A stretch of 64,000 bases of DNA from Wenzhouxiangella sp. (GTDB lineage: Bacteria; Pseudomonadota; Gammaproteobacteria; Xanthomonadales; Wenzhouxiangellaceae): positions 113-64,112 of the forward strand of contig RECK01000433.1 in assembly GCA_007694055.1 (NCBI GenBank), written 5' to 3'. A program made the translations under genes and the position numbers. A model generated the notes under the pieces. The model saw nothing but the letters and a program-made list of their open reading frames with translations, was not told the origin of the DNA and made no database searches. Shown here in pieces: positions 1 through 10,252 of this stretch (the first letter of the stretch is position 1; each line of letters starts with the position of its first letter).

Positions 1-2229
1 TTCCCCGTCTTCCATGATGCCCTTGTCAAAGACCTGGAAGAAGATCTCGTGGACATCGGAGTGGGCCTTCTCGACTTCATCGAGCAGCACCACGCTGTAG
101 GGCTTGCGGCGTACGGCCTCGGTCAGGATGCCACCTTCTCCATAACCCACGTAACCCGGGGGCGCTCCCTTGAGGGTGGAAACGGTGTGTGCTTCCTGGA
201 ACTCGCTCATGTTGATGGTGATCAGGTTGCGCTCGCCACCGTAAAGGGTTTCGGCCAGGGACAGGGCCGTCTCGGTCTTGCCGACGCCGGAAGGCCCGGC
301 CAGCATGAAAACCCCGATCGGCTTGCCCGGGTTGTCGAGGTGCGCGCGTGCGGTCTGGATTCGCCGGGTAATCATGGCCAGGGCATGGTCCTGGCCGACG
401 ACCCGCTTCGACAGCGCCTTGTCCAGGGTCAGTACGGTGCGAATTTCGTCCTTGACCATGCGCCCGACCGGAATGCCGGTCCAATCCGCGACCACGCCGG
501 CAATCGACTGCTCGTCGACGGCCGGATGCAGCAAGGGATGGTCACCCTGAATGGACTCAAGCTTGTCGTGCAGCGCTTCCAGCTCGGCCAGCAGCGCTTC
601 TCGATCAATACCGGCCCCCGGCTCGACCGGTTCAGGCGCCTCTTCACCCTGCGCTTCGGCAACGGCCTCGGCGGCCTCCTTGACCTCTTCCTTGTCGGGA
701 TGGAGCTGTTGGCGAATGTCGAGAATCTGTCGGACCAGGTCCTTTTCCTGCTCCCAGCGCTTTTCCAGTCCTTCGCAGCGTTCCCGCTCCTCGACCAGGG
801 CGGCCTCGACGCGCTCGGTCCGATCGCCCGTGGGGATACCGATATCCTGCTCACGGCCAATGATCTGCAACTCGAGTTCCAGCGCCTGGATATTGCGCCG
901 GCAGTCTTCGAGTTCAGCCGGAACGGCATGCAGTGCGGTCGCCACGCGAGCGCTGGCAGTGTCCAGCAGGCTGATTGACTTGTCGGGCAGCTGCCGGTCC
1001 GGGATGTAGCGGCTGGACAGCTTGACCGAGGCCTCCAGGGCCTCATCCAGGATCAGCACCTTGTGGTGCTTTTCCATGGCCGGCGAGATGGCCCGCATCA
1101 TGCGGATGGCGTTGGGAACCGAGGGCTCGCCAATCTTGACCACCTGGAAGCGCCGGGTCAGCGCCGGATCTTTCTCGATATGCTTCTTGTACTCAGCCCA
1201 GGTGGTCGCGGCAATGGTGCGCAGCTCGCCGCGGGCCAGGGCGGGTTTGAGCAGGTTGGCAGCGTCGCCGGTCCCTGCCGCACCGCCGGCACCGATCAGG
1301 GTATGCGCTTCATCGATGAACAGGATGATGGGCTTGGGCGAGGACTGGACCTCCTCGATCACGTTCTTGAGGCGGTTTTCGAATTCGCCCTTCATGCTGG
1401 CACCGGCCTGGAGCAGTCCGACGTCCAGTGTCCGCACAGTCACGTTCATCAGGCTGGGCGGAACCTCACCCCGGGCGATGCGGAGGGCAAACCCTTCCAC
1501 CGCAGCGGTCTTGCCCACGCCGGCCTCACCGGTAAGAATGGGGTTGTTCTGCTTGCGGCGCATGAGGATATCGACGATCTGCCTGATCTCTTCGTCGCGC
1601 CCGACGATCTCGTCGATGCCGCCCTTGCGCGCCTTTTCGGTCAGGTCGATGGAAAACTGGTTCAGCGCTTCCTGCTGGCCGTCGCCACGCTTGCGCATGG
1701 CGTCGGAGGCCTCACCCGGCTCACCCTGAGGCCCCAGGCCGTGGTCAACTTCTTCCGGCGAACCCGAGGTAATACTGTCGAAGTCATCGCTGAGCTGTTC
1801 GGGCTTGATCTTGCGAAACTCGTCGGAAATGCTCAGCAACGCGTTATTCAGTCCCTTGGTCCTCAAGATACCAAGCACCAGATGACCCGAGCGAACCTTC
1901 TGGGCGTTGTACAGTAATGATGCCCATACCCAGGCGCGCTCAACCGCCTCTTCCAGTTGCGCTGACAGGTCCGATATGGATGACGCGCCGCGCGGCAGCC
2001 GGTCCAGCGCCTCGGTCATGTCCTTGGCCAGGCGCGAATGATCGAGCTCGAAGTGTCGGATGATCAGCTGCAGGTCAGAGTGCTCCAGCTGCAGGATCTG
2101 TTGAAACCAGTGAATCAGCTCAACGTAGGGGTTGCCCCGCATCTTGCAGAACACGGTGGCACTCTCGACCGCCTTGTAGCAGGTCTTGTTGAGTTTATTG
2201 AACAGGGCGACTCGGGATATCTCTGCCAT
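1..2229 (-). CDS. tssH: T6SS AAA+ ATPase ClpV/TssH (3' end runs off the window)
   Basis: Hand translation from ATG at 2229: MAEISRVALFNKLNKTCYKAVESATVFCKMRGNPYVEL; Walker A motifs GEAGVGKT and GPSGVGKTE; DVHEIFFQVFDKG near position 60. Frame open to base 1. Not in the ORF track because it is truncated by the edge. Confidence 0.95.
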   Translation of the reverse strand, partial: MAEISRVALFNKLNKTCYKAVESATVFCKMRGNPYVELIHWFQQILQLEHSDLQLIIRHFELDHSRLAKDMTEALDRLPRGASSISDLSAQLEEAVERAWVWASLLYNAQKVRSGHLVLGILRTKGLNNALLSISDEFRKIKPEQLSDDFDSITSGSPEEVDHGLGPQGEPGEASDAMRKRGDGQQEALNQFSIDLTEKARKGGIDEIVGRDEEIRQIVDILMRRKQNNPILTGEAGVGKTAAVEGFALRIARGEVPPSLMNVTVRTLDVGLLQAGASMKGEFENRLKNVIEEVQSSPKPIILFIDEAHTLIGAGGAAGTGDAANLLKPALARGELRTIAATTWAEYKKHIEKDPALTRRFQVVKIGEPSVPNAIRMMRAISPAMEKHHKVLILDEALEASVKLSSRYIPDRQLPDKSISLLDTASARVATALHAVPAELEDCRRNIQALELELQIIGREQDIGIPTGDRTERVEAALVEERERCEGLEKRWEQEKDLVRQILDIRQQLHPDKEEVKEAAEAVAEAQGEEAPEPVEPGAGIDREALLAELEALHDKLESIQGDHPLLHPAVDEQSIAGVVADWTGIPVGRMVKDEIRTVLTLDKALSKRVVGQDHALAMITRRIQTARAHLDNPGKPIGVFMLAGPSGVGKTETALSLAETLYGGERNLITINMSEFQEAHTVSTLKGAPPGYVGYGEGGILTEAVRRKPYSVVLLDEVEKAHSDVHEIFFQVFDKGIMEDGE

Positions 2230-3268
2230 GGGGATTCTCATTCAGACTGGATTGAAAGGAAGGGCTGTGGAAGAAGTCGATGAATTCATCGCCTTCACGC
2301 TGGCCATGCAGCCAGGTGGAATAGCCCAGCTCGCCGTACCTGCCCAGCTGGGCAACGGGCTTTTCGGACTCGGGAATGAACATTCGGTATTCCCAACCAA
2401 ACTCCAGGCCCACGTAGTTGTGCACGATGCCATTCAAGCGCGTGGCCGAAGGCCGGTTGGGCAGCATGCGTTCAAACTGGTCTCGACTCAGGGGTCCAAA
2501 CACCAGGGCGAACCTGAACTGTCGCTCATAGGAACGTTCGCCAATAACCGTGTTCATGCCCAGGGAGCCGGTCGCTCGCGACTGACCCAGATAGAGACGG
2601 CTCTCCTCGGGCAGCTCCAGCCATTCGGGCTGAAACTCTTCAAGACCTACCGGCATGTCGAACTGCTGGGCCAGCATACCCAGCAGACCATCGGCGTTAC
2701 GGGTCTGGCGCGCCAGGTGGCCGGCGTGAAAGCGCTTGGCGGCATCCGGCATGGCATCGCGCTGGGCCAGCCCGGGAATGCCGAATCCGGCCAGAGCACC
2801 AACATACTTGTCAAAGCGATTGTGGCTTGGACGGTCTTCGCAAACCGCCGGTTCAGCGTCGGCCCAGATCCGGTAAAACAGGGACAGCAGGCGATGGTGA
2901 AAGATGTCGGCGAAGCGCGCCAGGGTGGGATCGCGGAAGGAGAGCTGCCTCTCCATGGCGAATTCCGTCAGGTGCACCGGCAGTGGTCCATTGGGCCCGA
3001 ACAGTCCGTGGAAGTTCTGAAACAGGCGAGCCGGCCGATGCGCATTGGCACGACTGATGCTGCTGAGCGTGGATGGCGCAAACTGCAGGTAAGGCTGTTG
3101 ACCCAAACGGATCGGATCATGCCGAGCCCGTCGCGAACGTCCAAATCCCGGCCCATCGGGGTCCGCCGCCTCAACCAGGCGCAATGCCTGGTAAAAGCCG
3201 TAGGACGTTGGCTCCTGCTCCAGGCGCAGGACTAAATTGTCAATCTGCGTCCGGTCGTCAGCGGCCAT
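2195..3268 (-). CDS. tssG: T6SS baseplate subunit TssG
   Basis: 357 aa; FYQALRLVE, GLFGPNGPLPVHLTE, FADIFHHRLLSLFYRIWA motifs; between tssF and clpV. Confidence 0.93.
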   Translation of the reverse strand: MAADDRTQIDNLVLRLEQEPTSYGFYQALRLVEAADPDGPGFGRSRRARHDPIRLGQQPYLQFAPSTLSSISRANAHRPARLFQNFHGLFGPNGPLPVHLTEFAMERQLSFRDPTLARFADIFHHRLLSLFYRIWADAEPAVCEDRPSHNRFDKYVGALAGFGIPGLAQRDAMPDAAKRFHAGHLARQTRNADGLLGMLAQQFDMPVGLEEFQPEWLELPEESRLYLGQSRATGSLGMNTVIGERSYERQFRFALVFGPLSRDQFERMLPNRPSATRLNGIVHNYVGLEFGWEYRMFIPESEKPVAQLGRYGELGYSTWLHGQREGDEFIDFFHSPSFQSSLNENPHGRDIPSRPVQ

Positions 3269-5106
3269 CTCACGATTTCGCCTCGGTCAGTGGAAAGGAT
3301 CCGGGTTTCAGTAAAGGAATTGATGCTGGCATATCGCGCCAGAAACTCGCGCATGATGCGGCCCAGAAGAAAAATCCCGAGGCCTTCGAAACAGGTTTCA
3401 TCAAGGGTCAGATCAATGCGCAGACCGCGCCCGGCCGTAATCGGACCACCCAGGGGCAAACGGCGAACCACGGGCTCGACCTTTATTGCCGAAAGGCCCT
3501 CGACCTGGCGCTTGAGCGAGGCATCGGAGAGATCAGCGTACAGCTCCAGCATTTCACGCAGGGAGGCCGCCCCGTTGCCCTCTTGTTCGCCAAGCAGCGA
3601 CAGGTAGTTCAGATTCAGGTGGCTGAGCAGTCGCCAGGACACATCTCCGGAGGAAAAACGCGGCTTGGGACTGGTCGGGCCGGCCACGCAGCGCACATTG
3701 GCCACCGGCGCACTGTCCAGCAGGGAAAAATCGCCCTTCCCGCTGAGTGGCATATGCAAGGGCAGATCGCGGTTGGTACAAAGTGCGCGCACCGCTACCT
3801 GCTTGATTTTTTCGGAAAACGGCGCATTCAGCCCGTCGACTATGCTGAGGAACAACTCACTGCCGACGTAACTGGATCGCGGCCCGTTACGATTCTGCCG
3901 ACTGGAAAGCTTGCGCGGCTCGCGACGCTGGGTAAAAAAAGCTGTCTGCGATCGATCGGAAGCGCGATCGTGAGACCAGAAGAACGGCTTGAACTCACGG
4001 GCTTCGGTGACACCGGCATTGAACCCCTTGACCTCCATGACACTGTGAACTTCGAAGTCCATGGGCCGGGTCCGATCGGGGATCACATGCAGCTCCGTAC
4101 TGAGCTGCGAAACGTGAATTCGATCGCAATGGCGCGGAAAGAGATTGATGGCCGGAGCACAGAACAACAGGAAATTCTCGATATCAATGCTGTTATCGAG
4201 AACATCGGCGGGCCGATCGAAGAAAATGACAACTTCGAACTCCTCTGCCTCCGATTCGCGGATTGCCGCGGCCAGCCCTTTCAAACGGGCAAAGCGGAAA
4301 CGCTCGGGAAACGCGAAATACTCCTGGACCAGGCGGTAGCCCTGGAAGGACCGGTAGCCGAACGGCAACATCGCTTCGTCGCTGGCGAATCCGGGCATTT
4401 CAACATTTTCGGGCGGCTGGCGTACCGACTTGAATTCACCCTGGTGACGCGATCGGGCCTGAAAACCCAGGCAGCCGGCATGGAGCTGTTCCATCAGGCG
4501 CGACACGACTTCACCACTGCCCTTCAGATAGAACTCCAGCTCGTCAAGCTGCAGCTCACCGACCTTGAGACCGGCGGTCACACCGAATCGCAGGCGCAGG
4601 CCCGAACGCGTGCCATTGGGCACAGTAACCCCCAGCGCTGCAACGTCGCCGCGTGTGGGCAGAAACTGTGCCTGTCTGATCTCCAGCGGCCAGAGCGTGG
4701 TTCGCTGACGCGTCCGAAACTCGCAGGCCGTCTGTTCACCGCGGCCGATCTCGCTGCGCAAGGCGGTGTCTGCTTCGATCACGAAACCCTCGCTGAGCGA
4801 GCCTTCGGTCGGATCGGGAGCCAGCTGAACCACGCACATCGAGGGCGTGGGCGCGAGGAAGTGCGGGTAAACCACTTCCAGCAGATGCTGGGTGAACTTC
4901 TCATACTCGCGATCAATCTTGAGCTGTAGACGCGCGGTGAGAAAGGCGCAGCCTTCAAGCAGGCGCTCGACATAAGGGTCTGCGCACTCGAATTCTTCAA
5001 GACCCAGCCGCCCTGCAATTTTTGGATACTCTTTCGCGAACTCACCGCCCAGCTCACGCAGATGCTGTAGCTCGGTGTTGTAATACTTGAGCAGCCCCGG
5101 ATCCAC
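3232..5106 (-). CDS. tssF: T6SS baseplate subunit TssF
   Basis: 624 aa; LLKYYNTELQHLRELGGEFAKEYPKIAGRLGL, DPYVERLLEG, YRLVQEYFAFPERF, YASINSF. Confidence 0.95.
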   Translation of the reverse strand: MDPGLLKYYNTELQHLRELGGEFAKEYPKIAGRLGLEEFECADPYVERLLEGCAFLTARLQLKIDREYEKFTQHLLEVVYPHFLAPTPSMCVVQLAPDPTEGSLSEGFVIEADTALRSEIGRGEQTACEFRTRQRTTLWPLEIRQAQFLPTRGDVAALGVTVPNGTRSGLRLRFGVTAGLKVGELQLDELEFYLKGSGEVVSRLMEQLHAGCLGFQARSRHQGEFKSVRQPPENVEMPGFASDEAMLPFGYRSFQGYRLVQEYFAFPERFRFARLKGLAAAIRESEAEEFEVVIFFDRPADVLDNSIDIENFLLFCAPAINLFPRHCDRIHVSQLSTELHVIPDRTRPMDFEVHSVMEVKGFNAGVTEAREFKPFFWSHDRASDRSQTAFFTQRREPRKLSSRQNRNGPRSSYVGSELFLSIVDGLNAPFSEKIKQVAVRALCTNRDLPLHMPLSGKGDFSLLDSAPVANVRCVAGPTSPKPRFSSGDVSWRLLSHLNLNYLSLLGEQEGNGAASLREMLELYADLSDASLKRQVEGLSAIKVEPVVRRLPLGGPITAGRGLRIDLTLDETCFEGLGIFLLGRIMREFLARYASINSFTETRILSTDRGEIVRWPLTTGRRLTI

Positions 5107-5111
5107 GCGAA

Positions 5112-5624
5112 TCAGCCTCCGCCGCCTGCCGCGTCGAGCACGGTAATATCCCCGGTATCGATATCCAGCTCGGTTTTCAGAAACAGCTCGGTTGGCATGG
5201 GCTGGGCCCAGAGTTGACCGACGATTTCGAACACGATGGCGTTGCGATTGTAATTGTCGGGAGAAACCTCCACCCGAATCCTGACGCTGTTGGCCAGGAT
5301 CCGCGGCTCGTAGGTCAAAATAGCGTTTTTGACCATGCGCTCGATCTGGTCTTCGGACATGCCGGAAACGGCCGAACCGGACATATCCGGCAATCCGTAA
5401 TTCAACACGGAGCGCTGTACCTCCGGATACTCCGACAGATCCTGGAGCGACTCCATGTGACCACAGTTCAACAGCCAGGCCAGGTCACGACGGACCAGGC
5501 TGCGCAGTCGGGACATACTGATCACGCGCCGGTTGCGGCTTTCCGACTTCTCACCCGGTGCCTCATCGGTCAGGCGATCAAGCAGAGACGGCTGCAGGCG
5601 CTCCGTGTAGGTCAGCTCAGCCAT
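5112..5624 (-). CDS. tssE: T6SS baseplate subunit TssE (gp25-like)
   Basis: 170 aa; PSLLDRL, VRRDLAWLLN, SVLNYGLPD, YEPR. Confidence 0.93.
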   Translation of the reverse strand: MAELTYTERLQPSLLDRLTDEAPGEKSESRNRRVISMSRLRSLVRRDLAWLLNCGHMESLQDLSEYPEVQRSVLNYGLPDMSGSAVSGMSEDQIERMVKNAILTYEPRILANSVRIRVEVSPDNYNRNAIVFEIVGQLWAQPMPTELFLKTELDIDTGDITVLDAAGGGG

Positions 5625-6441
5625 CCAGGCCCTCGTCCGACCCGGTTGCGGTCACTTCCAGGCTGATCTTTTCCACCCCCAGCAAGGGGTAATCGTTCTG
5701 GTCAGTAACCAGGATGCGCTGACCATGCCCGACCACAAGCTCGTTGCCGGCTTCGGTCCACTCGGTCAGGCGCGACAGCTTGAGCCTGTTGTCGTCGCAA
5801 GTTTCCGTGCCCGGATAGCGCGTCGGGATAAATCCCACGGCCTCGCCACCGTTGGCCCAGCGAAACTCGGCCGGCGTCCATACCAGGTCGCGCAAGTCGG
5901 CTGGTGGCTCGATGGTGATACTGGCCACGGCATTGATTGGCACCCAGTAGTAGTGCCCGTTGAGAAAGACCTCGAGCACGGGTCCCAAGCGACCGTCGGC
6001 GTCTGCCAGCCACTCAAATGCATCTCCATTGATCTGTCCGGCCACGCCCGGGGCCGCATCAAAAGCGGCGTCGCGCAGGCGCTCGGCCTCGTCCTTTCGA
6101 CCCTCGGCCAGTGCCGCAAGTGCTGCGGCCAGATCAGCCAGCCACTGGCTTGGCTTGCCGAACATCAGCGGGCTGCGCTTGCCGGCAAAGACCGCACTGC
6201 GCATGTGCTCGCATTGAATGACGCTGTCATAAACTTCGAACATGGGAATGGTGCCGGCATCCATGTCCTTGAGAACGTATAGCTGGCGCCGGGCACGCTC
6301 CCATTCACCCAGAACGCAGAATAATTGAAACAGGAAAACACGCGGGGCAATAGCCGCACTGTCGGCGCGAATTCGGGCGGTGACTTCTTTCAGACAGCCG
6401 TCAAGGTCACCCGCCTTGAGCAGCGCTTCGGCTTGTTCCAT
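5617..6441 (-). CDS. tagJ: T6SS accessory protein TagJ/ImpE
   Basis: 274 aa; RVFLFQLFCVLGEWERA, WLADADGRLGPVLE, YYWVP, DLRDLVW, IPTRYP; canonical position between hcp and tssE. Confidence 0.9.
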   Translation of the reverse strand: MEQAEALLKAGDLDGCLKEVTARIRADSAAIAPRVFLFQLFCVLGEWERARRQLYVLKDMDAGTIPMFEVYDSVIQCEHMRSAVFAGKRSPLMFGKPSQWLADLAAALAALAEGRKDEAERLRDAAFDAAPGVAGQINGDAFEWLADADGRLGPVLEVFLNGHYYWVPINAVASITIEPPADLRDLVWTPAEFRWANGGEAVGFIPTRYPGTETCDDNRLKLSRLTEWTEAGNELVVGHGQRILVTDQNDYPLLGVEKISLEVTATGSDEGLDG

Positions 6442-6459
6442 GAAAACACCTCCAGGCTA

Positions 6460-6484
6460 CAGGGGGCGGAATATCCGCCCCCTG
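6460..6484. terminator. GC-rich stem-loop between hcp and tagJ (terminator or mRNA-stabilising hairpin)
   Basis: CAGGGGGCGGA-ATA-TCCGCCCCCTG, perfect 11-bp stem; no adjacent U-tract on the minus strand. Confidence 0.55.
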
Positions 6485-6510
6485 GCCCGTGAATATTGTG
6501 TGTGGCAGGA

Positions 6511-6996
6511 TCAGGCTTCTTCGTTGGCCCGAATATCCCAGCCCGTCTCCACGGTCGCGCCAGCGGAACCATCTCCTTCCTGCGGCGTGTACTCGAGCTT
6601 GAACTTGGCAAAGTTCAGGCTGATGGTTTCGGTGACATCCTCATCACCGCTGGACGAACCGGTCTGGAGATCCGAGATCAACACTTCTTCCATGGTGATC
6701 TTGAGATATTCAACCGGAGAGTCGCCGCCAGCCTTGCGGATGGTCAAAACCGCCTCGTCCTCGTGCTTGCCGTTGCAGCACAGCTTCCACAGGTTGGGCG
6801 TGGCCTGGTCAACCCACTTGTTGATGGTGATGTCCTGCACGGACACCTTGCCGCCGCCGCCGCCGCGACCACGATGCATGGTTCCGGACTGGTGAGCGCC
6901 CCAGGACCAACCGATGACTTCGATCTCGTCCTCGTGACCGGCGACCTTCGAGTCACCATCGATACTACCGAATTTCAAAAACGCGTCTACAGACAT
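6511..6996 (-). CDS. hcp: T6SS tube protein Hcp/TssD
   Basis: MSVDAFLKFGSIDGDSKVAGHEDEIEVIGWSWG, KVSVQDITINKWVDQATPNL, ETISLNFAK; start moved to 6996, which follows an AAGGAG RBS (track start 7005). Confidence 0.95.
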   Translation of the reverse strand: MSVDAFLKFGSIDGDSKVAGHEDEIEVIGWSWGAHQSGTMHRGRGGGGGKVSVQDITINKWVDQATPNLWKLCCNGKHEDEAVLTIRKAGGDSPVEYLKITMEEVLISDLQTGSSSGDEDVTETISLNFAKFKLEYTPQEGDGSAGATVETGWDIRANEEA

Positions 6997-7083
6997 GATT
7001 CTCACTCCTTAACGTATTGCCATTGCTCAATCTTTCTTGAGCGTTCAATTCGGCGAGACCCTGCACCCCGCCACCAAAAAACC

Positions 7084-8580
7084 TTATTGCCCCTTGGCCG
7101 AAGGCAGCTTGGAAACCAGCCGCAACGACACCGACAGACCTTCAAGCTGGTAATGCGGGCGCAGGAAAAACTGGGAGGTGTAGTAACCCGGGTTGCCTTC
7201 GACTTCCTGCACCCGAACTTCGGCAGCAGCCAGCGGCTTGCGGGCCTTGGTGTCTTCCGAACTGTGGGCAGGGTCGCCGTCGACGTACTGCATGATCCAT
7301 TTCGACAGCCAGCGTTCCATGTCATCGCGCTCACGGAAAGATCCGATCTTGTCGCGGACGATGCACTTCAGGTAATGGGCGAAGCGACAGCTGGCAAACA
7401 GGTACGGCAGGCGGGCCGACAAGTTGGCGTTGGCCGTTGCATCCGGATCGTCGTACTGGGCCGGCTGCTGCAGCGACTGGGCGCCGATGAAGGCAGCGAA
7501 GTCGGTATTCTTGCGGTGAATCAGCGGCATCAATCCAATCTTGGCCAGTTCTGCTTCACGCCGGTCACTGATCGCGATCTCGGTCGGGCACTTCATGTCC
7601 ACGCCGCCATCGTCGGTCGGGAAGGTATGGGTCGGCAAACCTTCGACCGCACCACCGGATTCAACCCCGCGGATGCGCGTGCACCAGCCGTATTTCTTGA
7701 ATGCACCGGTCACATTGGTGGCCATGGCGTAAGCCGAGTTTGCCCAGCAATACTTGCTTGAATCTGCGCCCTCGGTATCCTCTTCGAAGTTGAATTCCTC
7801 GACCGGATCGGTATTCGCTCCGTAAGGGATGCGGGCCAGAAAGCGCGGCATGGTCAGACCCAGGTAACGAGAGTCTTCCGATTCGCGCAGTGATTTCCAG
7901 GCCGCGTACTCAGGCGTAGACGTGATCTTGGCCAGATCGCGCGGGTTGGCCAGCTCATTCCACGAGTCCATCTGCAGCAGGTTGGGTCCGGCGGCAGCAA
8001 GGAACGGGGCATGCGCGGCGGAGGCTATCTGGGCCATGCCGTTAAGAATGGCTACGTCCTTGGCATTGTGATCGAAGGTGTAATCACCGACCAGGCAACC
8101 AAAGGGCTGTCCACCGAGCTGACCGAATTCCTCTTCGTAAATCTTCTTGAACAGCGGGCTCTGATCCCAGGATGCGCCGGGAAAGCGCTTGAACATCTTG
8201 GCCAGCTCATCCTTGCCAATGTTCATGACCTTGATCTTGAGCTGCTCGTCGGTTTCGGTGTTCATCACGTGGTAATGAAGACCACGCCAAGAGCCCTCAA
8301 GCTGCTGGAACTCTTCGTGATGGATGATCTGGTTGACCTGATCGGTCAAGCGACGATCGATTTCAGCCACCAGCGCATTGATTGTAGTAACGGCATCGTC
8401 AGAGACCAGCGCCACCCCTTCCAGTACGTGCTCGGCCAGGATCTTGACCGCCGACTCCACCTCGGTTTTGGCTCTAGCGCTCTTGGGTCTGAATTCTTTC
8501 TGCAGCAGGGCACTGAAATCGTCCTGTTCAAGCGCCTGTTCGGTCTGCTGACCTTGTGCCTGTTCTTTTTCCTGTGCCAT
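7084..8580 (-). CDS. tssC: T6SS contractile sheath large subunit TssC/VipB
   Basis: 498 aa; IIHHEEFQQLEGSWRGL, AAAHAPF-like AHAPF, ISDRREAELAKIG, RFAHYLKCIVRDKIGS, LRPHYQLEG. Confidence 0.97.
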   Translation of the reverse strand: MAQEKEQAQGQQTEQALEQDDFSALLQKEFRPKSARAKTEVESAVKILAEHVLEGVALVSDDAVTTINALVAEIDRRLTDQVNQIIHHEEFQQLEGSWRGLHYHVMNTETDEQLKIKVMNIGKDELAKMFKRFPGASWDQSPLFKKIYEEEFGQLGGQPFGCLVGDYTFDHNAKDVAILNGMAQIASAAHAPFLAAAGPNLLQMDSWNELANPRDLAKITSTPEYAAWKSLRESEDSRYLGLTMPRFLARIPYGANTDPVEEFNFEEDTEGADSSKYCWANSAYAMATNVTGAFKKYGWCTRIRGVESGGAVEGLPTHTFPTDDGGVDMKCPTEIAISDRREAELAKIGLMPLIHRKNTDFAAFIGAQSLQQPAQYDDPDATANANLSARLPYLFASCRFAHYLKCIVRDKIGSFRERDDMERWLSKWIMQYVDGDPAHSSEDTKARKPLAAAEVRVQEVEGNPGYYTSQFFLRPHYQLEGLSVSLRLVSKLPSAKGQ

Positions 8581-8583
8581 GGC

Positions 8584-9108
8584 TCAACCCTCCTCGCCGT
8601 CTTTCTTGTCATCCGGCTTCGGTGCCGAAGTCAGTGACTTGAGCAGTTCCGGGTCATTGATAGCCTTGGATACCAGTTCCTCGGCACCAGACTTCCCATC
8701 CATGTAAGTGACCAGATTGGCCAGCTGGGTGCGTGCTTCGAGCAGCTTGCGCAAAGGCTCGACCTTGCGCGCCACCGCGGCCGGCGAAAAATCGTCCATG
8801 CTCTCGAACGTCAGATCCACGCTCAGTTCACCTCCGTCGTCACTGAGTGTGTTCTTGACCCGGAAGGCGGCCCTGGGCTTCATGGCCTTCATCCGGTCAT
8901 CGAAATTGTCCATGTCGAACTCGAGGAACTTGCGCTGTTCGATGGGTGGCAGCGGGTCTTCCTGTTTGCCCGCCAGGTCACCCATGATGCCCATGACGAA
9001 GGGAATCTGAACCTTCTTTTCGGCACCGTAAAGTTCCACGTCGTATTCGATCTGAACACGCGGCGCGCGATTGCGCGCGATGAATTTCTGTCTGCTTTCC
9101 TTGGCCAC
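8584..9108 (-). CDS. tssB: T6SS contractile sheath small subunit TssB/VipA
   Basis: 174 aa; QKFIARNRAPRVQIEYDVE, PFVMGIMGDL, FESMDDFSP. Confidence 0.97.
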   Translation of the reverse strand: MAKESRQKFIARNRAPRVQIEYDVELYGAEKKVQIPFVMGIMGDLAGKQEDPLPPIEQRKFLEFDMDNFDDRMKAMKPRAAFRVKNTLSDDGGELSVDLTFESMDDFSPAAVARKVEPLRKLLEARTQLANLVTYMDGKSGAEELVSKAINDPELLKSLTSAPKPDDKKDGEEG

Positions 9109-9161
9109 TTTCCAGCTCCTTCGTCAATTGCCGGGCCAGAAACCCGGGCTTGGTTGGTTAA

Positions 9162-10214
9162 CTACTTTTCTTTCTTGCTCCCGGAAATCATTTCGATCTG
9201 CTTGAGACCATCGGGGGCAAGATCCTTGAGAAGTGACATGAAATCCTGAGAGACCAGTCGCTTTGCCCGCTGCATCAACAGCGGGATCGGGCTGGAAGGC
9301 TCATGCTTATTGAAATACTCACTGATGCGATCAAGCGCCTTGACCACATCGTCGCGGCTGTTGATTTCTCCGGCAATGGCAACCGGGGCCGGGGCCGCTG
9401 CACCCGTGCCATCGGGCGAGGCCGCCGCTGCGGCTGCATCACCACTGCCGGCGGCCACGATTCCGCGCCGCTCAAGGGCATCCTTCAGGCCGGGCCGGAT
9501 ATCCCGGCACAAACGTACAAGCTCGGTCAGGTTGACGTGATCGGCCGCAGAGACCTGCTCATTGAAACCGGCTTCAATCGCACTGACATGCTCCAGCGCC
9601 TGGTCGAGATGCGCCAGCGTTTGCTTGAGCGCATCCACGTCAATGTCCATGAAAGCCTGGTTGATGGTCGCCATCTGCGGGGCAGTCTCGCCGGACGGCA
9701 CCTCGAGGTGGTCCGTGGCAATCAGGTAATCACGAATGGTGAAGCGGCCAATGGCCTGCGAGGCAACCAGCTCACAGCGACGCGCCAGCTTGATGAAGCC
9801 ATCAAGGGTGCCGAGCTCACCAAGCGTATGCATGCGTTCGGTCGCATCACCGTCGTCCTCGATCAGGGGATCAAGTTGAGCCCAGTAGGTCTCAAGCAAG
9901 GCGCGGATCAACTCCAGCCCGGAAGCCAGACCGGCCAGTCCTTCACGGACAGTGAGTGCCTTGGTCAGCAGGACTGCCACGCGCAAGGACTTGTATTCTT
10001 CGAAAAGCGCTTCGGCCTTTTGCCGAACAATCCGCCAGTCGGGCTCTTCGGCAGGGATGACCTCATCCCCCATGACATGTTCTTCGCTGCCCTGGGCCAG
10101 ACGTTGCAGCTCGCCGAATTCCGGGGTGAATACGAAGTCGTCCAGATCCTCCCCGCAGGGATTCTCTTCCGAGACCGGCTTGAGCAACCGTTCAATATCC
10201 AGTATTCCGCTCAT
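9162..10214 (-). CDS. tssA: T6SS TssA (ImpA N-terminal domain)
   Basis: 350 aa; LLKPVSEENPCGEDL, EPDWRIV, C-terminal YFNKHEPSSPIPLLMQRAKRL. Confidence 0.93.
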   Translation of the reverse strand: MSGILDIERLLKPVSEENPCGEDLDDFVFTPEFGELQRLAQGSEEHVMGDEVIPAEEPDWRIVRQKAEALFEEYKSLRVAVLLTKALTVREGLAGLASGLELIRALLETYWAQLDPLIEDDGDATERMHTLGELGTLDGFIKLARRCELVASQAIGRFTIRDYLIATDHLEVPSGETAPQMATINQAFMDIDVDALKQTLAHLDQALEHVSAIEAGFNEQVSAADHVNLTELVRLCRDIRPGLKDALERRGIVAAGSGDAAAAAASPDGTGAAAPAPVAIAGEINSRDDVVKALDRISEYFNKHEPSSPIPLLMQRAKRLVSQDFMSLLKDLAPDGLKQIEMISGSKKEK

Positions 10215-10252
10215 CTTGAGCGCTCCCCGGTGGCTTTTCTAAGTATCTCCGG

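Noticed and set aside
2195-2229. tssG overlaps the clpV start by 35 nt and tssF by 37 nt
   Set aside because: Such overlaps are normal in T6SS operons; no evidence of a frameshift.
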